Assembly (NCBI GenBank): GCA_964468345.1
Contig: CAYXVZ010000012.1
Location: 10,122 to 74,121, forward strand
Reading direction: 5' to 3'
DNA from: an uncultured Heliobacteriaceae bacterium
Lineage (GTDB): Bacteria > Acidobacteriota > Blastocatellia > RBC074
DNA length: 64,000 bases
Below the pieces are notes generated by a model, which was given only the letters and a program-made list of their open reading frames with translations, was not told where the DNA came from and did no database searches. The position numbers and the translations under genes are program-made. Each line of letters opens with the position of its first letter. Position 1 is the first letter of the stretch. This document shows positions 9,695 through 18,640 of the stretch, in pieces.

Positions 9695-10368
9695 CCGCCA
9701 AGAATCCCGGTACTGATCGTTACGATACGCCGATATTTGCCCGCGAACGCGCCGAGATGGTCGAGCGATTGCGTACGCAGGGAATCACATCCGAACCGGT
9801 TCTGGCCGCCATGGCCGCCATTCCCCGGCATCTTTTCGTTCCCGAAGCATTGCAGTGGAACGCCTACGGCGATCACGCGCTGCCAATCGAATCGAATCAA
9901 ACGATCTCCCAACCTTACATTGTCGCCCGCGAAACCGAATTGCTGGAAGTGACGAACAAAGACCGCGTGCTGGAAATCGGCGCGGGCTCCGGCTATCAAA
10001 CCGCGGTGCTCTGCCGCGTTGCCGGGCAGGTTTTTGCGCTCGAGCGGTTGCCGGAACTTGCGCGCGTCGCACAGGATCGGTTGCGAAAGATCGGCTGTTA
10101 TAATGCCGCGATCAAATGTTTCGACGGCACCTATGGCTGGAGCGAGTTCGCTCCGTATCAGGGCATTCTGGTTGCGGCCGGGTCGCCGGAGATCCCTCAG
10201 CCCCTCGTCAATCAATTGGCCGTCGGCGGGCGCCTCGTCATCCCCATCGGCACCGAAAAACAACAACGCCTCATCCGAATCACCCGCACGGAAAAGGGAA
10301 CCCAAACAGAAGATTTCGGCCCATGCCAGTTCGTCAAACTGATCGGACGGCACGGCTGGGATAAATAA
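9691..10368 (+). CDS. pcm: protein-L-isoaspartate O-methyltransferase
   Basis: SAM-binding motif VLEIGAGSGYQTAVL. The start overlaps the surE stop by 4 nt (ATGA). Confidence 0.9.
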   Translation: MTAKNPGTDRYDTPIFARERAEMVERLRTQGITSEPVLAAMAAIPRHLFVPEALQWNAYGDHALPIESNQTISQPYIVARETELLEVTNKDRVLEIGAGSGYQTAVLCRVAGQVFALERLPELARVAQDRLRKIGCYNAAIKCFDGTYGWSEFAPYQGILVAAGSPEIPQPLVNQLAVGGRLVIPIGTEKQQRLIRITRTEKGTQTEDFGPCQFVKLIGRHGWDK

Positions 10369-10373
10369 ATGGA

Positions 10374-11018
10374 ATGGAACTGATCAAAAACTTTATAGAC
10401 GTAATCCTTCACCTCGATAAATACCTGGTTCAACTCGTACAGCAATACGGAACGCTTTCTTACGGGATTCTTTTTGCGATCATCTTTTGCGAAACCGGAT
10501 TGGTCGTCACGCCCTTTCTGCCGGGCGATTCCCTGTTGTTTGCGGTGGGCGCGCTTTCGGCCAGCGGCGGGTTCAATCCCTATCTGATTTTCCTGACGCT
10601 CGCGATCGCGGCGATTCTGGGCGATTCGACGAATTACTGGATCGGCTATTTCATCGGCCCGAAGGTCTTCGCCAGTGAAAACTCGCTCCTGCTCAATCGC
10701 AAGCACCTCGAACGGACCAATGCCTTCTATGCAAAGTACGGCGGAAAGACCGTGATCATCGCCCGCTTTATTCCGATCGTTCGCACCTTCGCTCCTTTCG
10801 TGGCGGGCATCGGGCGAATGTCTTATCCGAAGTTTCTCTTCTTCAGCGTTTTCGGAACCATTATCTGGATCGGCCTGTTCGTCGCCGCCGGGTACTGGTT
10901 CGGCAACATTCCGATCGTCAAACGAAATTTCACGCTGGTCGTTTTCGCGATTATCGGCATCTCGATCCTGCCCGCCGTGATTGAAGCGCTGCGCGCCCGG
11001 CAGGAAGCGAAAAAATAA
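10374..11018 (+). CDS. DedA family (SNARE-associated) membrane protein
   Basis: DedA signature region GLVVTPFLPGDSLLFAVGAL...YGGKTVIIARFIPIVRTFAPFVAG. Confidence 0.85.
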   Translation: MELIKNFIDVILHLDKYLVQLVQQYGTLSYGILFAIIFCETGLVVTPFLPGDSLLFAVGALSASGGFNPYLIFLTLAIAAILGDSTNYWIGYFIGPKVFASENSLLLNRKHLERTNAFYAKYGGKTVIIARFIPIVRTFAPFVAGIGRMSYPKFLFFSVFGTIIWIGLFVAAGYWFGNIPIVKRNFTLVVFAIIGISILPAVIEALRARQEAKK

Positions 11019-11039
11019 AGTTCGGTAACAGAAGGAAAT

Positions 11040-11093
11040 GGCCAAGGACGCCAAGGAAGGATGTTGTTCCTTGGCATCCTTGGCCTTTTTTTC
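11040..11093 (+). terminator. rho-independent terminator of the DedA gene
   Basis: GGCCAAGGACGCCAAGGAAGG pairs with CCTTGGCATCCTTGGCC and is followed by TTTTTTT. Confidence 0.7.
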
Positions 11094-11504
11094 TGCAATC
11101 CGCTACTGAGCAACCATTGCCAGCGTTCGGCGAACTGCAAAGAGACGCTAATCATTTCTGTATTGATTCAAGGCAGGCAAAAGCAAAATCTTCTTAGCGA
11201 TTCGGGTAACTTCTACCCGGATTCTTCAATCGGCCCGCAGGTGCGTGAAGGTGATTTTGCAAGATACTGTATTTACAGGATTTATGGTAAGTTGAGGTGG
11301 CGAGAATCTCTGGCATCATCCTTGCTTTATACAGGGTGGGGCAACGAGATACCAGGTGGAAATTCTCCACTGACGGTGTCAGGTGATTATCAGGGTGAGG
11401 AAGATAGTCACCAGAATCAGGCGCTGCAGATCTCCCACGACTGCAGCGCCTACTTTTTTATCCGCCATCCTTTCCCTTCATCATAAAATCTTTGTAGAAA
11501 TCAA

Positions 11505-11580
11505 AAGGCAAATATCAAAAGGCAAAAGTGAAGAAGAATACTTCACTTTTGCCTTTTGATATTTGCCTTTTGATTTCTTC
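11505..11580. repeat. family C hairpin element (AAATCAAAAGGCAAATATCAAAAGGCAAAAG ... CTTTTGCCTTTTGATATTTGCCTTTTGATTTC), copy 1
   Basis: Near-perfect hairpin of about 76 bp directly abutting the stop of the minus-strand metalloprotease gene. Confidence 0.7.
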
Positions 11581-14208
11581 TTAGCGAACCGCGATCGTCA
11601 CCTGCCGGCTGGGAATGCCGTTGCGCGTAATCACGAGGCTATGGATTCCCGAGGAGATGTTTTCGGGCAGATGGATGTTGATCTGATTCAGGCCGGTGAA
11701 GCCTGGCGCGCGGCCCGCATAGCCGACGATGGTTGGGACGCCATTGATCAAGGCCTGAACGTTGGAACTGACATCCCCGCCGCCATCGGTTGCATCGGCG
11801 CCGAGTCCGGTGGCAAAGAGTGCGAGAATCGTCGGCAGGCCGTTGGGCTGCTTGGGATTGAAAGGCGCGCCGCCGCCGCGAATCGCGTCCACTGCAACGG
11901 CCGGGCCGTTCCCACTTGCGTCCACCGTGAATACCGCCGGCGCGGTCGGCGCGATCTGCACCGCGCCCGCCCGGATCCGTTTACCTTCGTTAAAGACTTC
12001 GATCAGCGCCGTAGCGGAGGAAGCCTGCGGTGTCAGCGTCGTTGCAGCGGTTGTGCGCGGGATTTGAAAGTTGATCTGATTCGCCGAAACGAAAAACAGC
12101 GGCGCGGGAACGCCATTGATGCGAATCTGCAAATTGGAAAGTGTTGTCGGCAGCGGATTCGTGAACGCGAATCCTTCGCCAGCTACGAAAGCCGTTCCGA
12201 ACAGGGAGGCGATCGCTCCGGGCGCAAGAACCGGTTGGTAACTTGCCGCCGACGCCGCCACGACCGCGCGAGAGGGACCATCCGCGGAAAGTCCCGTGTT
12301 GATGGTCGCCATGAGATCCGTCGACTGTCTGAAATAACTCTCAAACGCGAAGCGGTACAATTGAACTTTATCGAGCAAGCCGTCCGATACCGCCGTGTTC
12401 TGGCGAGTCACCAGGACGACCGCGGTGCGAAAGCTTCGCTGGCTCTTATCCGGCTCCGGCAGGCGCGTATTGTTCGCCTGCACGATGTCTTCCACCGCGA
12501 CGCGCTGGCGGAATCCACCGGTTGTAACGCCGGGTTGCGGCGCGGAGTCTTTGGTCGACGCGCTGCCGGCCGGATTGACGATGACGAAAGTCTCTCCCAC
12601 CGTTGAGGCCGAGCGAAAGCCCATCAGATATTGATCCAGCCGCGAATAGCCATCGACCAGTCCGACCGATGTGAATGTGCCGTTCGCATTGTCGACCCAG
12701 GCATTGCCTTCCAGCGAAGAAGAGCGACGGGCCGCCGGATGGCTGATGGTCGATTCCGTGTTCAGGAAGAAATTCCAGTGGGCATTGTCGCGTCCGAGAA
12801 GCGCCAGGTCCGTGCCCGGAAATTTCACGAACGAGAGCCAGCGATGGCCGAGTTCATGCGCCATGATCGAGAGCCCGTGATTGGCGCCCAGAAAACGCGT
12901 TGTGGGAAAGGCGGGATAGGCGCTGGAAATATTGCTCAGGTTCAAAATGCCCTGTATCCTCCGCGATCCCAGCAAGTCCGTCGTATCCGGATCTGATTGC
13001 GGCAGCCCGATGCCGGTCGCATCGTTGCGCACCGGATCGTAAAAGGCGAAGGCTCCGCCGAGGTCATAGTCGAAATCGGTGAAGAAGGAAATGAAATCGT
13101 AATTGTCCTGGTTCGGATGCGTGTCATAAAACGCTTTCACCGCGGCCAGGTAATCGAAGCGCGTGGTCAGCGAGAAGAACTCCGCGACCGGCGTGTTGAT
13201 CGATTCGTTCGGCGGCAGGCTCAGATCCACGAGCCGCGGCGTCGTTCGCGACTGCCCCGGCGTAATGCCGACCAGGGCCTGCGACGTCAGCGTTGCCGCA
13301 TCATAGGTGAACGCGATTCGCCCCGTGTTGAAGAGGGTGATCTGAAATCTGTGAACGCCATTGTCCGTGCTCGGATTGCTTGGGAAATCGCGGACATTGC
13401 TCCAGGTGAACATGACGCGGTCCGCTGACTTGCGAACGTAAACGCCGTTCTCGCCAGGCAGAGCGGCTGGTCGCGCATCCAGATCGTGCCAGTAGGCCGC
13501 GATGCGCGGCAGGCCGGTTTGAAATTCCGAAAGCTTTGCCACGGAACTCACCGCGCCTTTATCAAAGGCAGCTTGACTCGTTCCCCCCGGCCGAAAGACC
13601 AGATTGCCGTTCGACGTCAATGCGACGCTGGAATAATTAACACCGAAGAAATTGAAATCGAACCCCAGGTCTTCGATCAGATAGGCGTCATCGCCGGGCT
13701 CGGCGTTGCCGAGCGGATTCACCGCCGGCGCAACGCTCAGGTCGCGGCGCGCTCCAAGATTGTTATCGAACAGGGAACTGGTTGTGGCAATGGAATAGCC
13801 ACTGTTGGCGGGTGTAAAGCTGACGGCGCGCAGATTCAAATCGAAAAATCTCGGCGCAATGACAAGTCGGGCATCGCCCTGAATCACGGTTATGTCGTTA
13901 ATGTCCTGTGAGCTGGTTTCCGCTTTAAGCGCCATTGCGGCGCTGCCTTCCGGCCCGCGGAGTGATTGTTGATTGGCTTCGTGCCAGACGCGGGCTTCAG
14001 CGGATTGCTCTTCACGGGTCAGCGGATTTTTTGTCGCATTTCCATGTACATCGCCCAGACGCGCGACGCCCATACTGCGGGCTTCAGTCGGCCGTTGGTC
14101 GGCCGTCGGCATCATTCGCCCGAATAGCGATGCCGTGAGGAACAAGGCGATAATCGTCGAGATCAAGATGAGGAGACGATTCATCGCGCGCGTGCTGCGG
14201 GTGAACAT
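11581..14208 (-). CDS. secreted zinc metalloprotease (HExxH) with tandem C-terminal Ig-like/Solibacter-type domains
   Basis: Signal peptide and the MAHELGHRWLSF zincin motif. Two C-terminal repeats of about 100 aa end in ...LVITRNGIPSRQVTIAVR. Confidence 0.6.
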   Translation of the reverse strand: MFTRSTRAMNRLLILISTIIALFLTASLFGRMMPTADQRPTEARSMGVARLGDVHGNATKNPLTREEQSAEARVWHEANQQSLRGPEGSAAMALKAETSSQDINDITVIQGDARLVIAPRFFDLNLRAVSFTPANSGYSIATTSSLFDNNLGARRDLSVAPAVNPLGNAEPGDDAYLIEDLGFDFNFFGVNYSSVALTSNGNLVFRPGGTSQAAFDKGAVSSVAKLSEFQTGLPRIAAYWHDLDARPAALPGENGVYVRKSADRVMFTWSNVRDFPSNPSTDNGVHRFQITLFNTGRIAFTYDAATLTSQALVGITPGQSRTTPRLVDLSLPPNESINTPVAEFFSLTTRFDYLAAVKAFYDTHPNQDNYDFISFFTDFDYDLGGAFAFYDPVRNDATGIGLPQSDPDTTDLLGSRRIQGILNLSNISSAYPAFPTTRFLGANHGLSIMAHELGHRWLSFVKFPGTDLALLGRDNAHWNFFLNTESTISHPAARRSSSLEGNAWVDNANGTFTSVGLVDGYSRLDQYLMGFRSASTVGETFVIVNPAGSASTKDSAPQPGVTTGGFRQRVAVEDIVQANNTRLPEPDKSQRSFRTAVVLVTRQNTAVSDGLLDKVQLYRFAFESYFRQSTDLMATINTGLSADGPSRAVVAASAASYQPVLAPGAIASLFGTAFVAGEGFAFTNPLPTTLSNLQIRINGVPAPLFFVSANQINFQIPRTTAATTLTPQASSATALIEVFNEGKRIRAGAVQIAPTAPAVFTVDASGNGPAVAVDAIRGGGAPFNPKQPNGLPTILALFATGLGADATDGGGDVSSNVQALINGVPTIVGYAGRAPGFTGLNQINIHLPENISSGIHSLVITRNGIPSRQVTIAVR

Positions 14209-14390
14209 AGCACCTCCGAAATTCGGATGTTTTGTGCGCGTAGTACGGGGCGACGCGGGATTAGTGTCCTGTGACGCGGGAGTCGTTTCTGCGGATATTA
14301 CTCACAGACTGCATATTATTCAATGACAATAACTAAACGCTGCTTGAGATGTGGCGTGAGGGGGAGGGGTTCGCCAGAACGGAAAAATAA

Positions 14391-14900
14391 TTAATAGAAC
14401 AGGTATTTTCTCCAGGCTGCGTCGGAACGGCCTAAATACCGCATGATTTGGCGATTGACGTGCAGGCTGAAGGACTGCGGGCGTTTGATGAGTTTCATGC
14501 CGGCTTCTTCCGGCAAACAATTGCCTTTGCGGTTGTTACACCGCTTGCAGCAGGCCACGAGATTATCCCAGTTCGAACTGCCGCCGCGGGACTTCGGCAG
14601 GACATGGTCCAGCGTAAGTTCCGACGGCGTAAAGACTTTTCCACAATACTGGCAGGTATTGTGGTCGCGCAGCAGAATGTTCTTCCGGGACAGGCTCTTC
14701 CGCTCGAACGGAATATGGACGTAATCCGTCAGCCGAATCACGGACGGCACGTGCATCGAGGCGCGAGAGGAGCGATAGATCTGCTCCTGCTTTTCTTCTG
14801 TCCGCGCTATTCCCTTCATGATCAATACGATCGCGCGCCGCGTCGTGCAAACATTGATCGGCTCGTAAGTTGAATTCAGGACGAGAACCCTACCATTCAT
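14391..14900 (-). CDS. HNH endonuclease
   Basis: CQYCGK...[11 protein letters not shown]...[14 protein letters not shown] is an HNH motif with two CxxC zinc knuckles. Confidence 0.8.
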   Translation of the reverse strand: MNGRVLVLNSTYEPINVCTTRRAIVLIMKGIARTEEKQEQIYRSSRASMHVPSVIRLTDYVHIPFERKSLSRKNILLRDHNTCQYCGKVFTPSELTLDHVLPKSRGGSSNWDNLVACCKRCNNRKGNCLPEEAGMKLIKRPQSFSLHVNRQIMRYLGRSDAAWRKYLFY

Positions 14901-15323
14901 CGCAATACCTCACAAAAAACAATGCACCGGCCGGAAAAAGCCAGTGCATACGGTTGTCTCTGGATATTCGATTGTTGTCCAAGAAAAGCGGGGTGCAGGT
15001 TTGAAGCAGGCCGAGTCAGCACGTCGAAGTCCAATGAGAAAACCCTTGGCTTTCGATCGTGCCGGCAAGAGTGAAAATTGTCAGGTAAAAGAAATTTCCT
15101 GAAGGTTGCACCTCAACAAATAATTTAACCTTCTGCAGTTAACCCTGCCATCTTCCTGTCTTGTTTTGGATGTCGCAGCCTACATTAACCGCAACGGCGC
15201 GGGCATTATATCATAGGTTTTGGAATGGCAAGTTAGAACTCGGCAAAATCTCGTGGCTGCCGCGGGGATGGCCACAAGGGATTGATATTTTGGCTGGGGA
15301 GAGTTCCGCGGGGGGATTGCGCC

Positions 15324-16358
15324 TCAGGCGTCCGATTTGAGAATTGCGCGGCGCAATGCGAGTTGATTTTCGAAAAGAAGGCCCAGGCCGCGGATGACGG
15401 CGCGCTGGGGGCTTTCGCTGAGTTGAACCGAGAGATCGGTTTCTTTCGAAAGCCGTTCGTCAAAGCCCGCGAGAAGCGCGGAGCCGCCGGCCAGGATCAT
15501 GCCGCGGTCATAGATATCGCCGGAAGCCTCCGGCGGCAGGGCTTCGAGCGCATCCTGCACGGCGCGGACGATCCGCGTTACGATCGGTTCGATGGCTTCA
15601 TGGATTTCAATGCTGTTGACGACAGCCATTTCCGGATTGCCGCCGATGGTGCTGCGGCCCTTGACCATCGTCGTGTTTTCCTGATCGAGCGGAACGGCGC
15701 AGCCGAGTTCGATTTTGACGCGTTCAGCGGTGCGCGGACCGACGAAGACATTGTGGTTCTGTTTGATCATGTCGATCAGCGCCACATCCATGTCATTGCC
15801 GCCGACGCGCAGCGTGCGGGTGAAAATCAGATGATTATGAACCATCGCGGCGATGGTGGTCGTGCCGGCGCCGATGTCGACCACGAGGGTCGCGCGCTGA
15901 TCGTCCGGATCGACGCCCGAACCGAGAATGGTCACCAGGCCTTTGTTGATGAAATGAACATTGCTGACGCTCGCTTCTTTGGCAGCATAGCGCAGCGCGT
16001 AATGCTCGATGTCGCTTGCATCGGCTGCCACCGAAATAAGAACGCGGCGTGAGAGCGTCGAGCGGCCATCGCGGGCCTTTCGGATATAACGTTCGAGAAG
16101 TTTTCCGGCGAAGGTCGAATCTGCGACGACGCCGTCATGCATGGGGCTGATGATTTGAATATCTTCCGATGCGCGGCCTTCCAGTTCGAGCGCTTCCAGG
16201 CCGACGGCGACCACTTCGCGCGAAGGCGTGTCATAAGCGAGCAGCGAAGGTTCGTTGACAACGATTCCCCGGCCGCGCGCGAAGACCCTTGTGCGGGAGG
16301 TTCCAAGGTCAACTGCCAGATCGTCGGTCACCAGATTTAAAATCGAGGGCAGTTTCAT
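15324..16358 (-). CDS. MreB/Mbl-family actin-like ATPase (divergent paralog)
   Basis: Phosphate-1 motif [23 protein letters not shown] and [13 protein letters not shown] follow the MreB fold motifs. Divergence from canonical MreB is substantial. Confidence 0.65.
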   Translation of the reverse strand: MKLPSILNLVTDDLAVDLGTSRTRVFARGRGIVVNEPSLLAYDTPSREVVAVGLEALELEGRASEDIQIISPMHDGVVADSTFAGKLLERYIRKARDGRSTLSRRVLISVAADASDIEHYALRYAAKEASVSNVHFINKGLVTILGSGVDPDDQRATLVVDIGAGTTTIAAMVHNHLIFTRTLRVGGNDMDVALIDMIKQNHNVFVGPRTAERVKIELGCAVPLDQENTTMVKGRSTIGGNPEMAVVNSIEIHEAIEPIVTRIVRAVQDALEALPPEASGDIYDRGMILAGGSALLAGFDERLSKETDLSVQLSESPQRAVIRGLGLLFENQLALRRAILKSDA

Positions 16359-16515
16359 ATGTATTCAGTTTCTATGTATAGCAAATCGAGATGCGCAAGT
16401 GTCAAAAGGCGCAAGGGCTTTCAATTTCACAGAACGATTTGAAGAAAGTTAACAAGATTCACGTTCGAGACAGAACGTTTTTGCATGTTAAGCAGCCGGA
16501 ACTCAGGATAGCAAG

Positions 16516-17205
16516 TCAGGAGAGGAGGAATTCACCTTTTGCTCTTGCCAGCGTGAGCATATTGACGGATTTCGCTCCCGATGCCAATAGGGTTTTGGCA
16601 ATTTCATTCGCGGTGCTGCCCGTTGTCATGATGTCGTCAACCACCAGCAGCGCGCGGTCGCGAATCAGGCGGGATTCGCGGGCGGAAAAGGCGTTTTCCA
16701 AAGACCGCGCCCGCTGGTTGACGCCCATGCCGGCGCGATGGCGCTCGGTGGGTTTGATGCGAAGGAGGCTGACTCGGTCCAGTCGAATTCCCGTCGCGGT
16801 TGCCAGCGATTCGGCGATGACCTCGGCCTGATTGAAGCTGCGCTCTTTCAGCCGTTCCGGGTGCAGCGGCACGGGCAGGATCGCGTCGATGGATTCGTGA
16901 CCGGGGAGCCGGCAAAAAGTTTCAAAGAGGAGGGCGCGCACCCGGCGCGGCAGGTGCGGATGCGATTTCAGCCACAAGACGCTTTCCCGCAGCGGGCCCT
17001 GATACAGGCCGCAACAGCGCGCATATTCGAACGCAAAATCGTCGCAGAGACCGCAATGAATGGTTTCGTCCATCCTCCGCGGTCGCGCGACCGCCGCATC
17101 GCATTTTTCACAGAGACTGGCGGGCGGAGCGAACTTTTCCCAGCAGGCGGTACAGACAATTCCGTCATGCCGCGATTGGACCGCGCGGCCACAGACGCGG
17201 CACAT
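16516..17205 (-). CDS. comF: ComF family protein (competence-associated phosphoribosyltransferase-domain protein)
   Basis: N-terminal CxxC zinc-finger region (MCRVCGR...CTACW...CEKC). C-terminal PRTase motif LLVVDDIMTTGSTANE. The longer ORF back to 17328 probably overextends. Confidence 0.7.
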   Translation of the reverse strand: MCRVCGRAVQSRHDGIVCTACWEKFAPPASLCEKCDAAVARPRRMDETIHCGLCDDFAFEYARCCGLYQGPLRESVLWLKSHPHLPRRVRALLFETFCRLPGHESIDAILPVPLHPERLKERSFNQAEVIAESLATATGIRLDRVSLLRIKPTERHRAGMGVNQRARSLENAFSARESRLIRDRALLVVDDIMTTGSTANEIAKTLLASGAKSVNMLTLARAKGEFLLS

Positions 17206-17264
17206 CGTCGGATATAACAATGCGAGCGCCGCATCCGCCGCCGCCCGCAGGGCCGGGCCGAGCC

Positions 17265-18368
17265 TTATTTTTTTTCGAATCGTTTCGGCTTCAGGTCCGG
17301 GTTGAGTTTGTATTTCTCGATCTTCCATTCCTGGACGGGAACGCCGTTGACCGCTTTGACGATCAGGTGCGGCAGGTTCATTCCATCGATCGGGCGGTAA
17401 TCGGCGAACTGCAATTGCACCGCGATTTCCTTGCCTTCGGCCGGCGGATTCGATGGATCGGTTGAAACGATATAGCCGGCGTTCGGCATGATGATTTCCC
17501 TGTAACTGATCATATCCGCCCGCGAAGTCGCCTGGTCGATGAACATCCGGGCGGCGAATTCATCCGGTCCCGCGATTTCAATGGCATCGAGCGAGCGCGG
17601 TCCGGCGTTGACGAGACCGCCGTGCGAAAACGACAGCTTCGTTCCGGGCGTCGCGGTTTGGCCGAGCGCCAGCGCAAGGCAAAGGAAATCTTTTCGCGCC
17701 TGGCTTTCCAGCGAAGACTTGACCGAAGGGTTTTCAAGTCCCGGCGGCCGGTTGCCGCCGGCGGGACTTCCTTGCGCGGAGCGCCGTTCCTGGTTGAGTT
17801 GTTCGAGGCCGCTGCCGCGCCCTTCCGCGCTTGAGGTCGGAATGCGCATCCCGAGCATGGTTCGTTCGGTGGCCTGTCCTCCGGCGGGAATGTCATTGCG
17901 AACGCTGGTTCGCCCATTCACGGTGTCCCGCATTCCGATCGTACTGTTTGAGACTTGCGTGGGCGCGGAGTTTTGCAGCCCGGTAGATTGGGAAACCGAT
18001 TCGTCCTCGCCGGCCGCGCTGCTGACTTGCCGATCGACCCAGAACTTGTCGCCGTTAACTGCCTGCAACATATTCACCGTGACGGATGGGCGCGGCGAGG
18101 ATTTTTCGGTAATCAGGATTTTATCGGGCAAGAGGATTTCAAGGCGGACTTCGCCCGCCGTTTCTACCTTGCCGCTCCTGCGCCGGTATCTGCCCGTTGC
18201 GGACAGACTGCGCATCGATCGCAGCCTGGCTTCCTCCCCGATCGCCGCGCGGAGCTTTGCCAGTATGGCCGCCGCTTTGTCTTCCGGAACCGTCTGCGCA
18301 TTCGATGCGCTCGGGCTTCCGAGAAAAACAAGACAGAACAGAAGGTAACCAATTCTTTCTGCGCGCAT
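17265..18368 (-). CDS. hypothetical secreted protein (Ser/Gly/Pro-rich central region)
   Basis: Start chosen at the internal Met (MRAERIGYLLFCLVFLGSPSASNAQ) that gives a signal peptide. No recognisable catalytic motif. Confidence 0.4.
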   Translation of the reverse strand: MRAERIGYLLFCLVFLGSPSASNAQTVPEDKAAAILAKLRAAIGEEARLRSMRSLSATGRYRRRSGKVETAGEVRLEILLPDKILITEKSSPRPSVTVNMLQAVNGDKFWVDRQVSSAAGEDESVSQSTGLQNSAPTQVSNSTIGMRDTVNGRTSVRNDIPAGGQATERTMLGMRIPTSSAEGRGSGLEQLNQERRSAQGSPAGGNRPPGLENPSVKSSLESQARKDFLCLALALGQTATPGTKLSFSHGGLVNAGPRSLDAIEIAGPDEFAARMFIDQATSRADMISYREIIMPNAGYIVSTDPSNPPAEGKEIAVQLQFADYRPIDGMNLPHLIVKAVNGVPVQEWKIEKYKLNPDLKPKRFEKK

Positions 18369-18492
18369 AAGGCATTTCCTCTGATTCGGATTCGGAAGGG
18401 AAAGACGAGAACACGAAACAATCGAAACTTTTATTGTCGCTTCAACCTTGATCATCGTATCGGTCACTGGACCAAACAGCAAAAGAAGAGTT

Positions 18493-18582
18493 CACCGCGA
18501 AGAAACGAAGAGCACGAAGTTTGTTCCGTATTTTCTTCGTGCTCTTCGTTTCTTCGCGGTGAAAACATCTCCTTGAGTTCCA
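18493..18582. repeat. family A hairpin element (CACCRCGAAGAAACGAAGAGCACGAAG ... CTTCGTGCTCTTCGTTTCTTCGYGGTGAAAACAT), copy 1
   Basis: Perfect 27-nt terminal inverted repeats around a 15-nt loop. It sits between the start of the secreted protein gene and the stop of the kinase gene. Confidence 0.75.
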
Positions 18583-18640
18583 TGCCGCTGGCTGAAATGA
18601 CGACCATCGCTGTCATTTCGTTTGTTTCGTGCTCTCCCGA

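Noticed and set aside
14901-15323. 420-bp intergenic region upstream of the MreB-like gene as a possible ncRNA
   Set aside because: No terminator, conserved structure or recognisable RNA-family motif could be seen. It is most likely a promoter region.
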